The position numbers and the translations under genes were made by a program. Positions 40,990-54,630 of a stretch of DNA of 64,000 nucleotides are shown here, one piece after another; within the stretch, counting starts at the first letter, position 1, and every line of letters starts with the position of its first letter. The DNA is from Octopus vulgaris (lineage: Eukaryota). The stretch covers positions 50,344,001 to 50,408,000 of the forward strand of contig OX597823.1 of the NCBI GenBank assembly GCA_951406725.2. The letters run 5' to 3'. The notes below the pieces were generated by a model. That model was not told the origin of the DNA. It worked only from the letters and a program-made list of their open reading frames with translations, and did not search any database.

Positions 40990-41841
40990 TAGAAAACAGG
41001 TCATTTGAAGTTTTCCTTCCTCAGTCGAGTTCCAGATTATCTTTGCAATTTCAGCTGGTTATACTTGAGATTGCTCCAATCTGGCCAGCCCCAAGGAAAA
41101 ACTAAGCTAAGAGCACGAGATTCCTTGGAAGAAAGCAGTGAATGTATACGAAAATAAGGACAGAAAAAAACAGAGAAATGGTACACCAGCCCCTTCACAC
41201 TTACTTCGTTCATTCCACTCTTTGTTCTTTTGTTACTCCTCTCTCACATTTCCTGGCCTTCTCTTCATGCTTACCTTCCCTCCTCTTTCTCGTTACTCTG
41301 TCCCTTTCATTTTTTGCTTGCCTCTCCTTAATTCTTCTTTCCCTCTGCCTCTACCTTTCTCTCTTCTCTCTCCACGTGACCGGCCCTGACCTTTCTTTCT
41401 TGGTTTGACTACCATCTGTGCAACATCTATATTCCTTCCTGTGCCTGTCAAATCTTATGTCCCTGCCGTAAGGCTTTATTTCCACACAAGCCAGTTTAAT
41501 TTAATTCGTTCTTAGTCGAAAGACACCCGTTGTTAATGTACTGATATTTGTATTTGTGTACCATTTCTCCGCTTTTTTCCGTCCTTGTTTTCATATACAT
41601 TCACTGCTTTCTTCCAAGGAACCTAGTGCTCTTAGCTTAGTTTTTCCTTGAAGCTGGCCAGATTGAAGCAATCTCGAATAAAACCAGCCGAAATTGCAAA
41701 GATAATCTGGAACTCGATTAAGGAAAGAAAACTCCGAATGACTCGTCCTTGTTTTCTTTGAATCGTCTGTCTGGATGTTTTGTTGTCCCTTTTTTGTATC
41801 ACCAAACTGTCTGGATGTTTTGCGCTTTTGTCCCATTTTTG

Positions 41842-41850
<9 letters not shown>
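40990..41850. mobile_element. Inverted pair of a (TA)n-associated dispersed repeat; further copies 57615-57785(-) and 58360-58655(+)
   Basis: Shared ggccagattggagcaatctc...gaaattgcaaagataatctggaactcga block in opposite orientations at about 40990-41180 and 41560-41850. Confidence 0.75.
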
Positions 41851-41900
<50 letters not shown>

Positions 41901-43719
41901 CACACATATATCTGCATGTGTGTCTTTGAGCCTCACCACCGCTTAACTGCTGCTGGTTTGTTTACGTCCCCGTAACACAGTAGTTCGGCAAAAAGAGACC
42001 GATTAAGGGCCAGACATAAAAACCAAAGTGCTGGACTCGATTCGTTCGACAACAACCTTTCAAAGCGATGTCCCAGCATGGCCGCAGTCCAATGACAAAC
42101 AAATAAGAGATAAATGACAAAAACGCTTCGCGTAATTGCTTCAAATCTTGACGTTCTCGGTTCTTGGGTGGTAGACTTAACCCGCCGCCCGAGGTTTAAC
42201 ATCACCACCTCGTCGATGAATGCCTTCAACGGAGTTCAGTCAAGGCAGCTTTCACCAGTGTCAACAACCTTGAAAAGCAGAATTACGAGTGATGCTTTCC
42301 TTTCCTAACTAAACGGAAAATGTGCGCGCGCGCAAAATTAACTGGTAGTCATGTAGATACAGTACTTACAGTAAAATGATACACTCGCCCTGCTTCTTTG
42401 ATTTCTTGGCAAACTATAAACACAATGACTGATAATTTGTTATAAAGGTTCAAGATTAGTAATTGTGGGGCTGATTAAATCTGTAGCGGAGCTTAGTGAT
42501 TCCTTCCTGGCACTTATATTCATTTATCCATAGTTTGGCTTTTATTGTAAGGCGACCGTGCAGTGTTTAAAGGAGTCATTCATTCGTCACCATCTCCTTT
42601 TCGCACGGTCGTTCTACAAATCAGTCCCAGTACTTCACGGATATTTTATCGCTGTCGGATTCAAGAAGATGAAAGGTAAATTGCAACGAAAACGACCTGG
42701 TTCCTCTTACCAACTGCTTGGAAAATCTAGGGGTTAAAATAGTATGGTCTTCATCTGACGTGAAATATAATTAATATCTGCAGTATATCTCATATACTTG
42801 AACCGTATATTCAATCAGCAACTGGCCATTATCGATAGAATGCCCAACAACTGTCTTAATAATGATGATAATAATGGTTTCAAGCTTTTGGCACAGGGGC
42901 CAACACTTTTTGAAGGGAGGGGAAATCGATAGCATTGACCCCCGGTGCTTAACTGGTACTTAATTTAACGACCCGAAAAGCTGAAAAGCGAAGTCAACCT
43001 CGGTGGAATTTGATCTCAGAACGCAAAGACAAGAAAAATGCCGCTTAGCATTTTGTCGGGTGCGCTGACAATTCTGTGGGCTCGGGTTAGGCCAGCATTA
43101 GAGGAGGGAGTCAGCCGATATTTTATTTGTAAATATATTGTAATTTTAAGGAATTAGAAGGTAAAACGAGACGTTAAAAACATTTGGCTGCTTTTTCTAG
43201 CAGATCGAGCGTCCACATAGAGACTCTTGTCTTTTATTCAAACACTTACGATACAAGTTTCAATAATCGGTGACATTTGATTTTTGCTTTTGCTTACGCT
43301 TTGTAAAGTCGTAATTGATCGATTATTATTTTTTTTTATATGCAAAGTGCACTCTCACAACAGATGTAACATGCACGGTCACCAGCTGATGTTTTAACCA
43401 TTTGTTGCGACAAGAGCAGTGGTTTTTAAAAAAATTTTATGTTTGAACTATACGATTATAGGAAGATGTAAATATCATGCACTACTAAAAATAGAGAGAG
43501 AGGGGAAAAGACTTATAAAAGCATGTGAAAAAGTGGGAGAAACAACGAGAGGGGAAGAAATGAGAGAGACAGAGAGCGAGAAGGAGGAGAGGAAAGAGTT
43601 TAGTTGAAAGACTAAACAAAGAATTAGTTTAAACCAACAAAACAAATCAGAGCCCGATTTAGTCGGATTAAACAAGTCTTGACTTAATATTATAAGATAA
43701 GAAGTTGAGAGGAACTTAC

Positions 43720-43806
43720 ATCATCCATGAGCATAATGACAAAATTGGGTTGACCGTTGACATATCCGTAGAGAATGACCAAAGTTAGGCAGGATAGCAG
43801 TTCCAT
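43720..43806 (-). CDS. GALNS: GALNS exon 1 (signal peptide + PNFVIMLMDD metal-binding motif)
   Basis: ATG at 43806-43804; MELLSCLTLVILYGYVNGQPNFVIMLMDD followed by GTAAGT donor; 87 nt. Confidence 0.93.
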
Positions 43807-46507
43807 TTACGAAAATAACCAGGAACTAATGTAACCACGTGATTTCGATATTCATAGAGACAGCTGGGTGACAAAGTAGCTGAGGGTTGATTATAGAAGT
43901 GAGAGGCGATTTTATGTGGAGTTGAGTTGTTCTTGAACTGACATATATATTTCTTTACTACCCACAAGGGGCTAAACACAGAGGGGACAAACAAGGACAG
44001 ACAAACGGATTAAGTCGATTACATCGACCCCAGTGCGCAACTGGTACTTAATTTATCGACCCCGAAAGGATGAAAGGCAAAGTCGACCTCGGCGGAATTT
44101 GAACTCACAACGTAACGCAGACGAAATACCGCTAAGCATTTCGCCCGGCGTGCTAACGTTTCTGCCAGCTCGCCGCCTTACATATACTGACATATACAAA
44201 CTGACATATACCAGCCCACACTCCTCCTAAGACATTCTGGAAATTTCGCGCCCTTCTACCACATCTTTATTAGTTAGAAAGCAAAATAGAATTCCTTTGC
44301 ACCCCTACTGCACGGCATCTTGAGCAAATGTCTTTTACTATAGCTCCGGGTCTACGAATCCTTTGTGAGTGAATGTGACGAAAACTGCGCGGAAGCCCAT
44401 CGTATATGTTTGTTTGTGTGTGTGTGTGTGTGTGTGTGACACTGTCACTTTCACAATTGTTGTTGGTTTGTTACGTTCTCATAACATAGCGGTTCGACAA
44501 AAGAGATCGATAGTATGAATACCGGACTTTAAAAATAACAGGGTCGATTTGTTCGGTAAAAAAAAACACTTGAAGACAGTACTCCAGCGTGGCCGCAGTC
44601 CATCGACTCAAGTTAAAGATATAACAATTCTATTCGATTCCTTTTCCAGTCCTAACAGATTAAAAACGAACTGTAACCCAACTCCAAGTGAGTTCTAACC
44701 AAGATCTTTGATTAAAGCTATACAAGTCGTAACCATCACTTTTTTTTTTTGCTCAATTTACATCCAGATCTACTTTATCCGTCTCTTACTCTTGTAAGAG
44801 GGTAGGGCGTGTTATGAAGGAGATTTGACTGCCATTTCCGACAGGTTGAGATTCCTTCGTTAGCTGACTTCTGCGTGTAATATTGGTTTTAAATTTTGGC
44901 ACAAGGCCAGCAATTTCGGGGGAAAGGGTAAGTTGATTATATCAGCCTAGTTAGTGTTGGACTGATACTTATCTTATCGACCTCGAAAGGATAAAAGGCA
45001 AAGTCGACCTCGATGTCATTACGAACTTTAAACGTAATGACAGCCGAAATACCGCTTAGCATTTTACCCGACAAGCTAACGATTCTGCTAGCTCGCCACC
45101 TGTTTCTCATTATAGGCATAATGTTGAGGGGAAGGGCTTAGTCGTTATATGAACTGCAGGACAAGACTGATAGTTAACTTTATCGAGGAAAATATTGAAA
45201 AACATCAATACACGTGAGAGTGACAATGAAACAAGGAAGGTATCAAGGGGTCCTTGAAATGTGCTAAAAATAAGAGCTAAATCGCTCTTAAATCACATAC
45301 AAAAAAATCTTATTCTTGCATAAACGTATAGATTCCCGTGTGTAGAACACAAATTCGCAAAAATTTTCTGAAAATTACAAAAAAAATAAAGTTATGAAGG
45401 TGGGGTAGGGGTACTAAAATCAGAATTCCGCCTTTTTTTTTTTCTTTTTTCGAAGATTCGCCTTAATCGAAGGTCGTAATAATAATTGTTTCAAATCGTG
45501 TCCAGCAATTTTTGAGGGGAGCGGGAAGCTGGTACTAATTTTATCGATTCCAAAAGATTGAGAAGCAAAGTCGATTTTGGGGGATTTTGAACTCAGAACG
45601 TAAAGAGCCAGAAGACATACTGCTGGGATTTATGTCGAAACGGACACGAATTAGGGATTATTTCATGTTGGTTGCCGCTCGGAAATTTTACGCCAGACCA
45701 CATGCTGGAGGAAGCTAAAACAACGTTTTCCAAATGGTCACCAGTAATTCGTAGCCTCAACTTGCTTTCCGTATATTTCACGTTCGACAATAGTTTATTC
45801 ACATCAAACATCGATATCATTTTATTTATTTATTTTTTCGCATGTTGTAAAGCAAGATTCAAGAAAAGGTTCATTTCTGTTTGGCTGTCACTTTTCAATT
45901 TCTTCAATTTTTGTTCCAGTTGCTTTCATATTTTGTGTATTGGTGTAGTTTTGCATGGTAATCAATGACATGAAATTCATTTTCGCTGTAAGTCAATAAA
46001 GAGTTAATAAGCTTTTAAAATTTGTAAATTTTTGGCAGTTTTAGCCAAGTGAAAGCTGTTACCAAGCTGCTTCCACACGTGGTCGTTTTTCGCTCATTAA
46101 ATGCTAAAAACACATGAGGTAGTCGTGTGACGTACTAAAAATAATAGCTAAATAGGCCTCAAATCACGAATCAATTTTTTGTTTGTTTGTTTTTTGCAAA
46201 AACGTAAGAAAACCCGTGTGTAGAATTTTCTGAAAATAGTAGAGCTATAATTTCTGCACGAAATTTGGATTTTAATGTAGTTCCATTTGAAAATTTGCTG
46301 GCACAGTGGATATAACTTCACAAGTGTGTCCTTCAGACTTTGTTTCCTCATAACTTTCAGAAGAGATATATTTTTTTATGTCTCCGAATATTTTTCCAAA
46401 TGGTGTATAATTTATAATGCGAATTTAACGTAGAATAAAATCAGTGGACGCGTACACGTATATACTGACGAAACACAAAAAAAATTTTCATGTCTCATTT
46501 TGTGGTG

Positions 46508-46572
<65 letters not shown>

Positions 46573-47055
46573 AAGAGAGAGGCAGGGACATGATTACTGT
46601 ATTTTGACTTTCAGAATTTTTTCTGTTCTTTTTTTTACTAAATGTTCACTACCTTAAAAAAACAAAAACGATATAAGCTAAGCAAATGACAGTCTCTAAA
46701 TGTATTAAAAAAAAGTATTTTAGAAAATCATTTCTTGAGTATGTAGTGGCTTCATGCAGGCATAGCGTAGATTCGATCCTCAATCACCGAATTCACTTAA
46801 ATGTACAACAGCCATGTCTTTGCTAACCTTTTTTTGTGTGGTGGATAGTTAAATTGACAGGTCGGTTACGGCAACGAGTGTTCTAGTTGAGGTTCGAGTT
46901 TCTTTTGTCTGTTTATCGTGAGTTATATTTTGCTGTTTCACTTTGCTGTTTATTATTACTTGTTTCGTGTTCTTTGAACACTTTGTTAATTTGTTTTGTT
47001 GCCTTGTGGCAGGCTGTTGACGATTTCCCTCTTCGAAGAGGAGGGTTAGCCAAGT

Positions 47056-47895
47056 ATGATGCAATACGAGGACGTCACCTCCTCGGAGCTGACGTCTTCT
47101 GAGGTGGAGTTGTTAAGATCAATTGATGAAATAGACGAGCAAATGAAGAGGAGGAACTTTGCAGATGTAATAAGGAGCCAGAATAGCGAAAGTGACTTGT
47201 CAAAGTTGAAGTGTTGTAAGGATTTTCTAAGTAGAGAGGGATACGATGTAAAGGTGTCCACTCCTCAAGAGATAATAGATAATACAAAGGAAAGAATAAT
47301 GATTTATAGAACATATTCAGCAGAAGCAGGGAAAATAGAAATTATGGCAACCACGTAAATTGAAGGAGTATTAAGACCAATCTGGCAAGAAATTACGTAT
47401 TTTGTCAGAGGAACAAAATATGGAACAATAGAGGTGCGTTTCCGAGAGGCGGCTACTAATATGCTACATTCGGCAACCTCGTTGAAAAATGAAGTTGTGC
47501 TTCTACCCACATACCTTGGGAGACGTATTTCCAGGGTTAGGGTAGAAGGCATACCACAAGAAATTGATGTGGTCTGGATAGCAGCCACATACTCGGAAAC
47601 GAGGTAAAATAACGGTTTTCCAGGCCACAAAAACTGGAAAGGACAGACCCTGGATATGATTATCCAGGGGTCGCCAGAAAACATTGAAAGTTTGACCGAA
47701 ACTGTCAGGATAGAAAATGTAATAAGGGTCAAGGTAGAGAACAGCACCCCGCGATGTTACAAGCGTGGCCTAAAAGGTCACATTAGAGCGGATTGCCCTT
47801 CGCCGCCCAAAAATCCCCAGGAAGGACCCCCAGGAAAGACCAGTGAGAAAGGAGGAAGTCGTGACACCAGCAACAACAGAAGAAAAGGAAGATAA
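47056..47895 (+). pseudogene. Tx1/L1-like LINE ORF1 relic with zinc knuckle
   Basis: LLPTYLGRRISRVRVEGIP followed by PRCYKRGLKGHIRADCP (degenerate CX2CX4HX4C); stops and frameshifts. Confidence 0.7.
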
Positions 47896-48329
47896 TGAAA
47901 CGAACAACTAATGGGAAATGGCTGGGAAAAGAAAGAAGGAAAAGAAAACGGCATGCCACATGGATATATACCCCCTACACCCACCCAACATCCTGTTTGC
48001 CTCATCCTCCCCCTACAGACACCAAATCTCCCCACTCCTCTCCGACACAAAGAAGAGCAAACACACAAAAGAACCCCCAAACTTTCCTTCCCCCGGCCGA
48101 GGAAAAAAGTAATTATGTAGTGATGTATGACAAGTCAAATAAGGAACCCGAAGGATTGAGGGGGTTTTTGACGTTGCTAGTCCTGAAAATGTTGCATTTT
48201 AAGTGGGGCTTAATTATCCCCATCATGGTATTGTTCGTATTTTTAAACACTACAGTGTTTCCTTTAAATTATGTGCGATTTCCACTTTTTCCAAGTCAAG
48301 TAATTTTTTCTTCTCTTTCCTTCCATTAG

Positions 48330-49130
48330 TTTTCGGAGCTGCCTCTTTACTTGGTGACTCCGTTACTTTTTTAGGCCTTTTTCACGACACCATTTCGGAG
48401 TTCATTTCTTCTGCTGCCGGTGTCGCTTCGGCCGGTTTGTTTTCGGTTTCAAGTTCGGCGGTCGCCCTCTGTTACAGCCTCCGTGGCTGGGGGTACCGCC
48501 TCCTCTGTATTCTTCTCTTGTTTCCTGTACTTTTCCTTTTGTGGAGGGGAGCATTTTGACCTCAGGTGCCCCCTTATTTCCACATTTTAAGCATCTGAGC
48601 TTCCTCCCCTCCACGTGTACTGCTAACACTATATCCTCACCGAATAAAATCTTTTCGAGCAAATTTTCCAAATCAATCATGGTAGCTTGAACTAGGATTT
48701 TAAGCGTTTGTCATCTCCAGTTTTGTGGTGCGTCTCTTGCTATTTGAATGATACTTATTTTTTCTTTCCTCTCGTAAAGTAGTGTTGCCAGAATCCATGC
48801 CATTTCCACCTCCGGGGGGATATTTTTAATTTTAATCCGGGATGTTCTATGTCCCAGATATAGTGGTAGCATCATAATGCTACCACTATAATTCTTTTGT
48901 CTTCTCGACCGACTAGAACCTTGCCTCTACCGTTGCGAATCTTGTACCTCGGGTTAGGTACTATATCTGGCCCAACACTGGCCCGAGACACCGTTCAGTT
49001 GTACTTTCTTGTAGGTGCTCAAAATGTTTCTTTTCTGCGTTTTAAGTCTTATACACAATTGTGCATTTCTTGGTTCTGTTTAAAATTTCGCCGGGGGACT
49101 TAATTCTAATTTCACCATTCTAGTTAGAAG
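48330..49130 (-). pseudogene. Second Tx1/L1-like ORF1 relic, opposite strand
   Basis: Minus strand VHVEGRKLRCLKCGNKG-HLRSKCS CCHC knuckle (frameshifted); upstream LPLYLGHRTSRIKIKNIPPEV parallels the plus copy. Confidence 0.7.
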
Positions 49131-49189
49131 AGGCGCTGAGAGTGGGCTCTGCAACCCAAGTTTTGGCGGCGAGATCAGCCTTGGACCGA

Positions 49190-49975
49190 CACCTCAATGC
49201 CAAAACACGAGGGTTGCAGGGTCCGGGGTAAAGTACGTGCACTGGGTCGCGAGAGTATCAACGTTGCTGGATGGCCTTGCTCGGTAGAAACCCAACGTGG
49301 AGTAGATGCTACGATAAGGTCTGTAGTAAACGAACAAGGACAAGAGATGGAAGGACAAGAAGACATGTGTAAGGCCTTTCAGGAACATTTCGCTGCGTTG
49401 TTCGGGAGAGGCAAGACGCTGGACCATAGGGATGCCCTTCGGGATTTCCTGGCCGGTGGCCCGTGTCTCTCGGAACGTGAGGCGGAGCGCTATGAAGGGC
49501 CGATCACAGCTGCGGAGGTTTAAGAGGTGCTTTCCGAGTGCCCCGGGGACAAGTTGGATGATCTTCCTTACGAATTTTATAAGAGTAGGTTAGACTCGTT
49601 CGTGAACATACTGGCCGGTGTATACGCGAACTGGCAGCAGAACGGGAGAATTCCCAAATCTGCGAGCCGGGGAGTAGTAACACTGATCTGGAAGGACCCG
49701 AACAAGGGGGATGACATTAATAATTTCAGGCCTATAACTCTGCTAAACACAGAGTTAAAGATTTTGGCCAAGGTGTTAGCCAAGAGAGTGAGGCTTGTGG
49801 GTGACCTGGTGGGAGAGGCGCAGACATGCACCATCCCAGGTAGGACAATACACGACAACCTTCACATCCTCATTAATTGTTATATAACTTTCATCTGTTT
49901 TCGTCCCCATTGCGGTGTTCTGGCTGCCCTTGTACTGTCCCCTCTGTATTACAGCCTAAATGCCAAATAAAGAAT
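49190..49975 (+). mobile_element. Tx1/L1-like LINE ORF2 (RT N-terminal part) joined directly to a 3' UTR-like tail
   Basis: PGDKLDDLPYEFYK, NFRPITLLNTELKILAKVLAKR, AQTCTIPGRTIHDNLHI; then non-coding tail ending gccaaataaagaatc. Confidence 0.88.
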
Positions 49976-51589
49976 CACCCTGTTTACTGCTTTGATCATC
50001 ACACCGTTCATTACATCCTTCATACTTGATACCTAAGTATGCAATAACATTGATAGATTATGCAGGTCACTTTTCTGGTGTTGTGTTAATTTCGAGGCCT
50101 TCCATGTGTCTGAATCAGATCCACATCCATATATTTCCCAACCCTTGCCAGCACTCCATCTTAGTACACTTCAACAATGCTCTAAGAATATATAGTATGG
50201 TGATAATACTGTAAGTACAAGTTGAACAAACTCTTCAATGTAATCAGTTGTGGTAACTCCATGTACAAACTATAACAAACGAAGTTCTGTATTTATGATG
50301 TCTGTACTTTCAGTAAACGCTTAAAAAAAAAAATGGAAATACTTGCAGTATTATTAAATAGATTCTCTAGTATTTTCTTCTATTCGTTGTGCAACTGTTC
50401 TCGCAGAAACAGACATTTGAAAAAGTTTTGCGAACCTTAAGAATAATTATCCCACTTAATTTGGAATTTCTGTGTTTTAGACGGGATTTAGCTTTTAGCA
50501 TTACGCATCTTAAAAACAATGGGGATGAGCCTTTTCTGTAGAAAATTTTTTAGGATCGCTAATTTAAAAAGTCTCCCACCTTTCTCGTACCTTGGTAGCT
50601 GCCCTTACATACAAAAAGAAATTATTTCTTTTCATGTTAGAGTATTCCATGTTCTGAAGCACACGTATTCCACATTTTTGAGTAAAAAAAAAATTTTATT
50701 AATGGATGTTCTCTCTCCGTCCATCGTGCCTTTCGAACTGCAACCGCTTCTAAAATGTTAGTTTTAGCCGTTTTATTGTATTCCACATTCGCATAAATGT
50801 GGAGAGAAAGGAAAAAAAAAACAAAAAAAAACAAACTTCCTCGCCAATTCGCGATTAGAAGGAATTTTTTCCGTCTTTTATTTTACCAAACTACAAAATC
50901 TATTTTCCTCTAAATTAAAATTTCTATTGAAAAAAAAAGCAACTCTACATTAACACCGAGTGTGACAGTTCAAGAAATTTAAAGGATCTTTACTGTTTTC
51001 TATTTTTTAAAACTTTTGTTTCAATTGTTTTTAAATTTAGTATATTGATGTTTTGAATGCTTATGGAAATGAAATTCATTTTTGCCAAATAAAGAGTTAA
51101 CTTTTAAAGTTTAAGTTTTGAGTAATTTTAGCCGGCTTCCGAAAAAGATGCAACAGATGTGTCTCAAAGGATACACGGTTGTATGGTTGCGTGGAGGCGC
51201 AATGGCCCAGTGGTTAGGGCAGCGGACTCGCGGTCATAGGATCGCGGTTTCGATTCCCAGACCGAGCGTTGTGAGTGTTTATTGAGCGAAAACACCTAAA
51301 AGCTCCACGAGCTCCGGCAGGGGATGGTGGTGATCCCTGCTGTACTCTTTCACCACAACTTTCTCTTACTTCCTGTTTCTGTTGTACCTGTATTTCAAGG
51401 GGCCGGCCTTGTCTCTCTGTGTCACGCTGAATCTCCCCGAGAACTACGTTAAGGGTGCACGTGTCTGTGGAGTGCTCAGCCACTTACACATTAATTTCAC
51501 GAGTAGGCTGTTCCGTTGATTCGGATCAACCGGAACCCTCATCGTCGTAACCGACGGAGTGCTTCCATGTATGGTTGCACTCTTAGGGC

Positions 51590-52156
51590 TGTACTTGCTT
51601 TTCCTTCTTTCATGGGCCAAGGAATTGACTTAAGTTCGGATTTGTGTTGAAGAAATGGGGATGAACCACAGCACAGTTGTTGATTACAACAGCTATATTC
51701 GTGAAATGTGCGGAGAACGTGCACCGCAACCCAAGTCAGAGGAAACAGTTTTCTCAAGACGTAAATACAACCGAGGAAGGGTGCTTGCTACCCGAACAGT
51801 TTGTTTGCAGACGAGGGTGTCGCGAGAATAGACATGATTTTCTTTATGCGGTGCCATGTCGGAATCGCAACACACAAGAGGAATGCATACGTCAGTCGGT
51901 TCTTCCAGGAACCACAATTTTCAGTGACTTGTGGCGGGCCTACTTTCACATTCTAGAAAATGGTTATAATTTTCAATATAGAAGAGTGAACCACAGCGTC
52001 GAGTTTAATCATTCGAAAGATGGTACCACACGCAACAAGTGGGAGGGGGAGGAAAGCACATGGGCCGGTGTAAAACGAGGGAATAAACAACGTTGTAGGA
52101 TCCACCACTGTACGGTAGACTCGCATCTCTACGAGTTTGTGACGCAGGCGATATGA
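51590..52156 (+). pseudogene. Merlin (IS1595/ISXO2-like) DDE transposase relic
   Basis: ETVFSRRKYNRGRVL, YAVPCRN...IRQSVLPGTTIFSDLWRAY, VNHSVEF and ESTW motifs characteristic of ISXO2/Merlin. Confidence 0.85.
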
Positions 52157-52244
52157 AAATTGTAATTTGTTTGACAGACTTCCAGAGTGTATCTCGAACT
52201 TTCATTTTTGAATATTCTCTACAAAAAAGAAAAAAAATCCATTG

Positions 52245-52640
52245 GGATCTTTTCGGTTTGAACGGCAGTTTTTTCTAGCGGTGTCATATGAAATTGTCAC
52301 CCATAATTATGACCCTAGTATCGATCTATTGCATTTCAATCTGTTTTAGGGTTAGGGTTGGGGGGAAGGGTATCTTTTTTTTTCTTCACAAATGTAAATA
52401 AACCGAATCTGTTTCTTAAACGAGGGACATATTCATACGGCACAGAATGTTTTTTGATTGGTTGAAATTGAAGAAATTGAAGAGAAAAAACCCCCAAATA
52501 TCTTACAAACTATAGAATTTTCTCAATAAAGCCAAGAGAAAAAGAAGTTTTATAAACACATTCTACCAGTATATGAAGTTTAACATTTTTTACTTACCTA
52601 GAAATTATGTTAAAAACTGCCGTTCAAACCGAAAAGATCC
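52245..52640. mobile_element. MITE with ~29 bp TIR (GGATCTTTTCGGTTTGAACGGCAGTTTTT), copy 1
   Basis: TIRs at both ends; internal ttagggttagggtt; homologous to 54912-55339 in opposite orientation. Confidence 0.9.
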
Positions 52641-53399
52641 CAATTTTTTATAACATAGTTTTTTTGGAAGTGGGGTAGTGGTCTTGTATTTTTTCTAAAA
52701 GAAAAAATTTGATTTCAGATTTTTCCTTTTTAAATTGTTTACATGTCTGTTCCTCCGTTTCACACGACTTTATTCATTAGAACTTATTGAAAGTTCAAAA
52801 CTCCCTACAACTTCGTCGTCGTTGATTTTGTGATAGGCATGTATCACGGAGAAAATGCCAGCTTCTAAACTCCGTTTTCTGGGTGGGTTTCTGCAAAATT
52901 TTTCTGAAACGAGTGAATAACAAAATCAAATTTGGCGTGAATAATTATATCAATATACCAAGTTTTAAAATTTCCATTTAATATCAAAATTTCAAAAACT
53001 GTGACAGCAACAGAAAAAAATACAATTTAATTTTACAAACCATTTTCTTTTTCATCTCCCAATAAGGATTTTCTTCGGATGAGCTGTTGCTGCTGCGACA
53101 AATTGTTGCTATAAAAGAAAGAGAGAGGAAAAACGAAATTTTTGGTCTTATACTTTTCTTCTATTAGAAAAAAATATTCTCTTCTCGATGTTATATAACT
53201 GAAATTGTTATTTTATACATACTTTCTATCAAAATTCTAATTTTGTCTTTCACTCACAAATGTTTGATTTTTAATACATATATTTTTTAAACGCTTCGTG
53301 TCGGTATAAGGAGACGACATAAATCACCTGGTTTGTCAGCCAAGCCTATGTCACGAGGGAAGATTGTGTGGATGATGTTATACAAACGAATGCCAATTT

Positions 53400-54085
53400 T
53401 TTTTTTTCATCAAGGGGCGAACATAGAGGGGACAATACAACCTGATGTGGGGTCAGATTAACGGATGGGATTACACAAAAGGTGAATTTAAAAATTTACA
53501 AAAATGACAAAATAGCAAAAAATCGAATGAAGAACAGACCGGAAGACATTACGGATGGAATGGGAGCGGGTTTAGCTCGGACCCCACGAGCCCCACCTCC
53601 CCACTGCTACTTTGGTTTCGTCTAGTTTTACATTTATGTGGTATCATCCACTCGCAACTTTCGTGCTACATCCTTCCATCGTTCTTCATACACTCTCTTA
53701 GTCAGGCATTTTCTCTCCAGCCCTATCTTCCTTTTTAGGTGAAAGATGAAGTAATTCATCAATCCAGGGCCGGAGATAAACTTGCCTGACCGTAAACTTT
53801 TTCGTCGTGTAATGTACGATGAGGTCGAATGGTGGTGGGAGGAATCTTTTTTTAATGCAAATTACAGGTGTTTGAATATGGAATACAATAAAATGACGAA
53901 AATAAAGAAAAAAGAAAATCAGTAAATAGGTGGTTGAAATTCTTAAAGCACGAAGACGTTTTTTTTTTTTTTTCTTAACACTTAAAGCGCGGGTCACGAT
54001 CGTGGCCCAGGCAGGTGCATTTAATTTATGGGCGTTTGTTGGGGGTCTAATGTCAGTCAAACACCCCGATACCGCCCCCACCTAG
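53400..54085 (-). mobile_element. Tx1/L1-like LINE 3' end relic
   Basis: Decayed ORF2 C-terminus (ERVYEERWKDVARKLRV) followed by 3' UTR ending tgtcccctctatgttcgccccttgatg(A)n. Confidence 0.55.
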
Positions 54086-54373
54086 AATGCAAGGGGACTA
54101 ACAGTTCAACTAATGACTTTTCAGATGATGTAAAACTTATCACCATTATATACTAAGAAGATATTTTAACTATTTTTTGTTTTCTATGTGTGCATGCTAG
54201 TCACAACGCCCACCGTTGGGGGAAGGGTAGTGTCCACTTTAAGAACCTATGGTCTAATTCAAAGGACATTTTTTTTTCCTTTTTATTAATAGCTCAAAAC
54301 GTGTTCAAACTTTTCGCGCGGTCGACTAGCAAGTTGTTTACGGATTATTAAAAATTTCCTATTTGATTTACTG

Positions 54374-54630
54374 CTGTGGTTCTCAACTGGGGTCCACATG
54401 ATCCTTGGGGGGTCCATAAAAGATTTTGTTGTTTATATTTATAAGCAATAAATTGCTTATAATTCTACAATACACAAAATATTAATTTTTTTAAAAAATA
54501 CAGTTCCTAATGATATTTAATTACAAAAATATATTAGGATTTTTTAAAATTGCTGAATGGCTATGGGGGTCCAGAAGAGTAAAAAGGAATCAAAGCGGTC
54601 CATAGGGAAAAGAATGGTCGAGAACCACTG
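54374..54630. mobile_element. hAT-like MITE; partial relative at about 32830-33105
   Basis: ctgtggttctcaac ... gtcgagaaccactg termini; TSD degenerate. Confidence 0.65.

Noticed and set aside
42114-42308. Small nested gene in GALNS intron 1
   Set aside because: 64 aa ORF begins in a SINE tail; no recognisable motif or splice support
51677-52156. Bacterial IS1595 insertion or contamination
   Set aside because: Frameshifted and embedded among host SINEs; eukaryotic Merlin transposons explain the motifs
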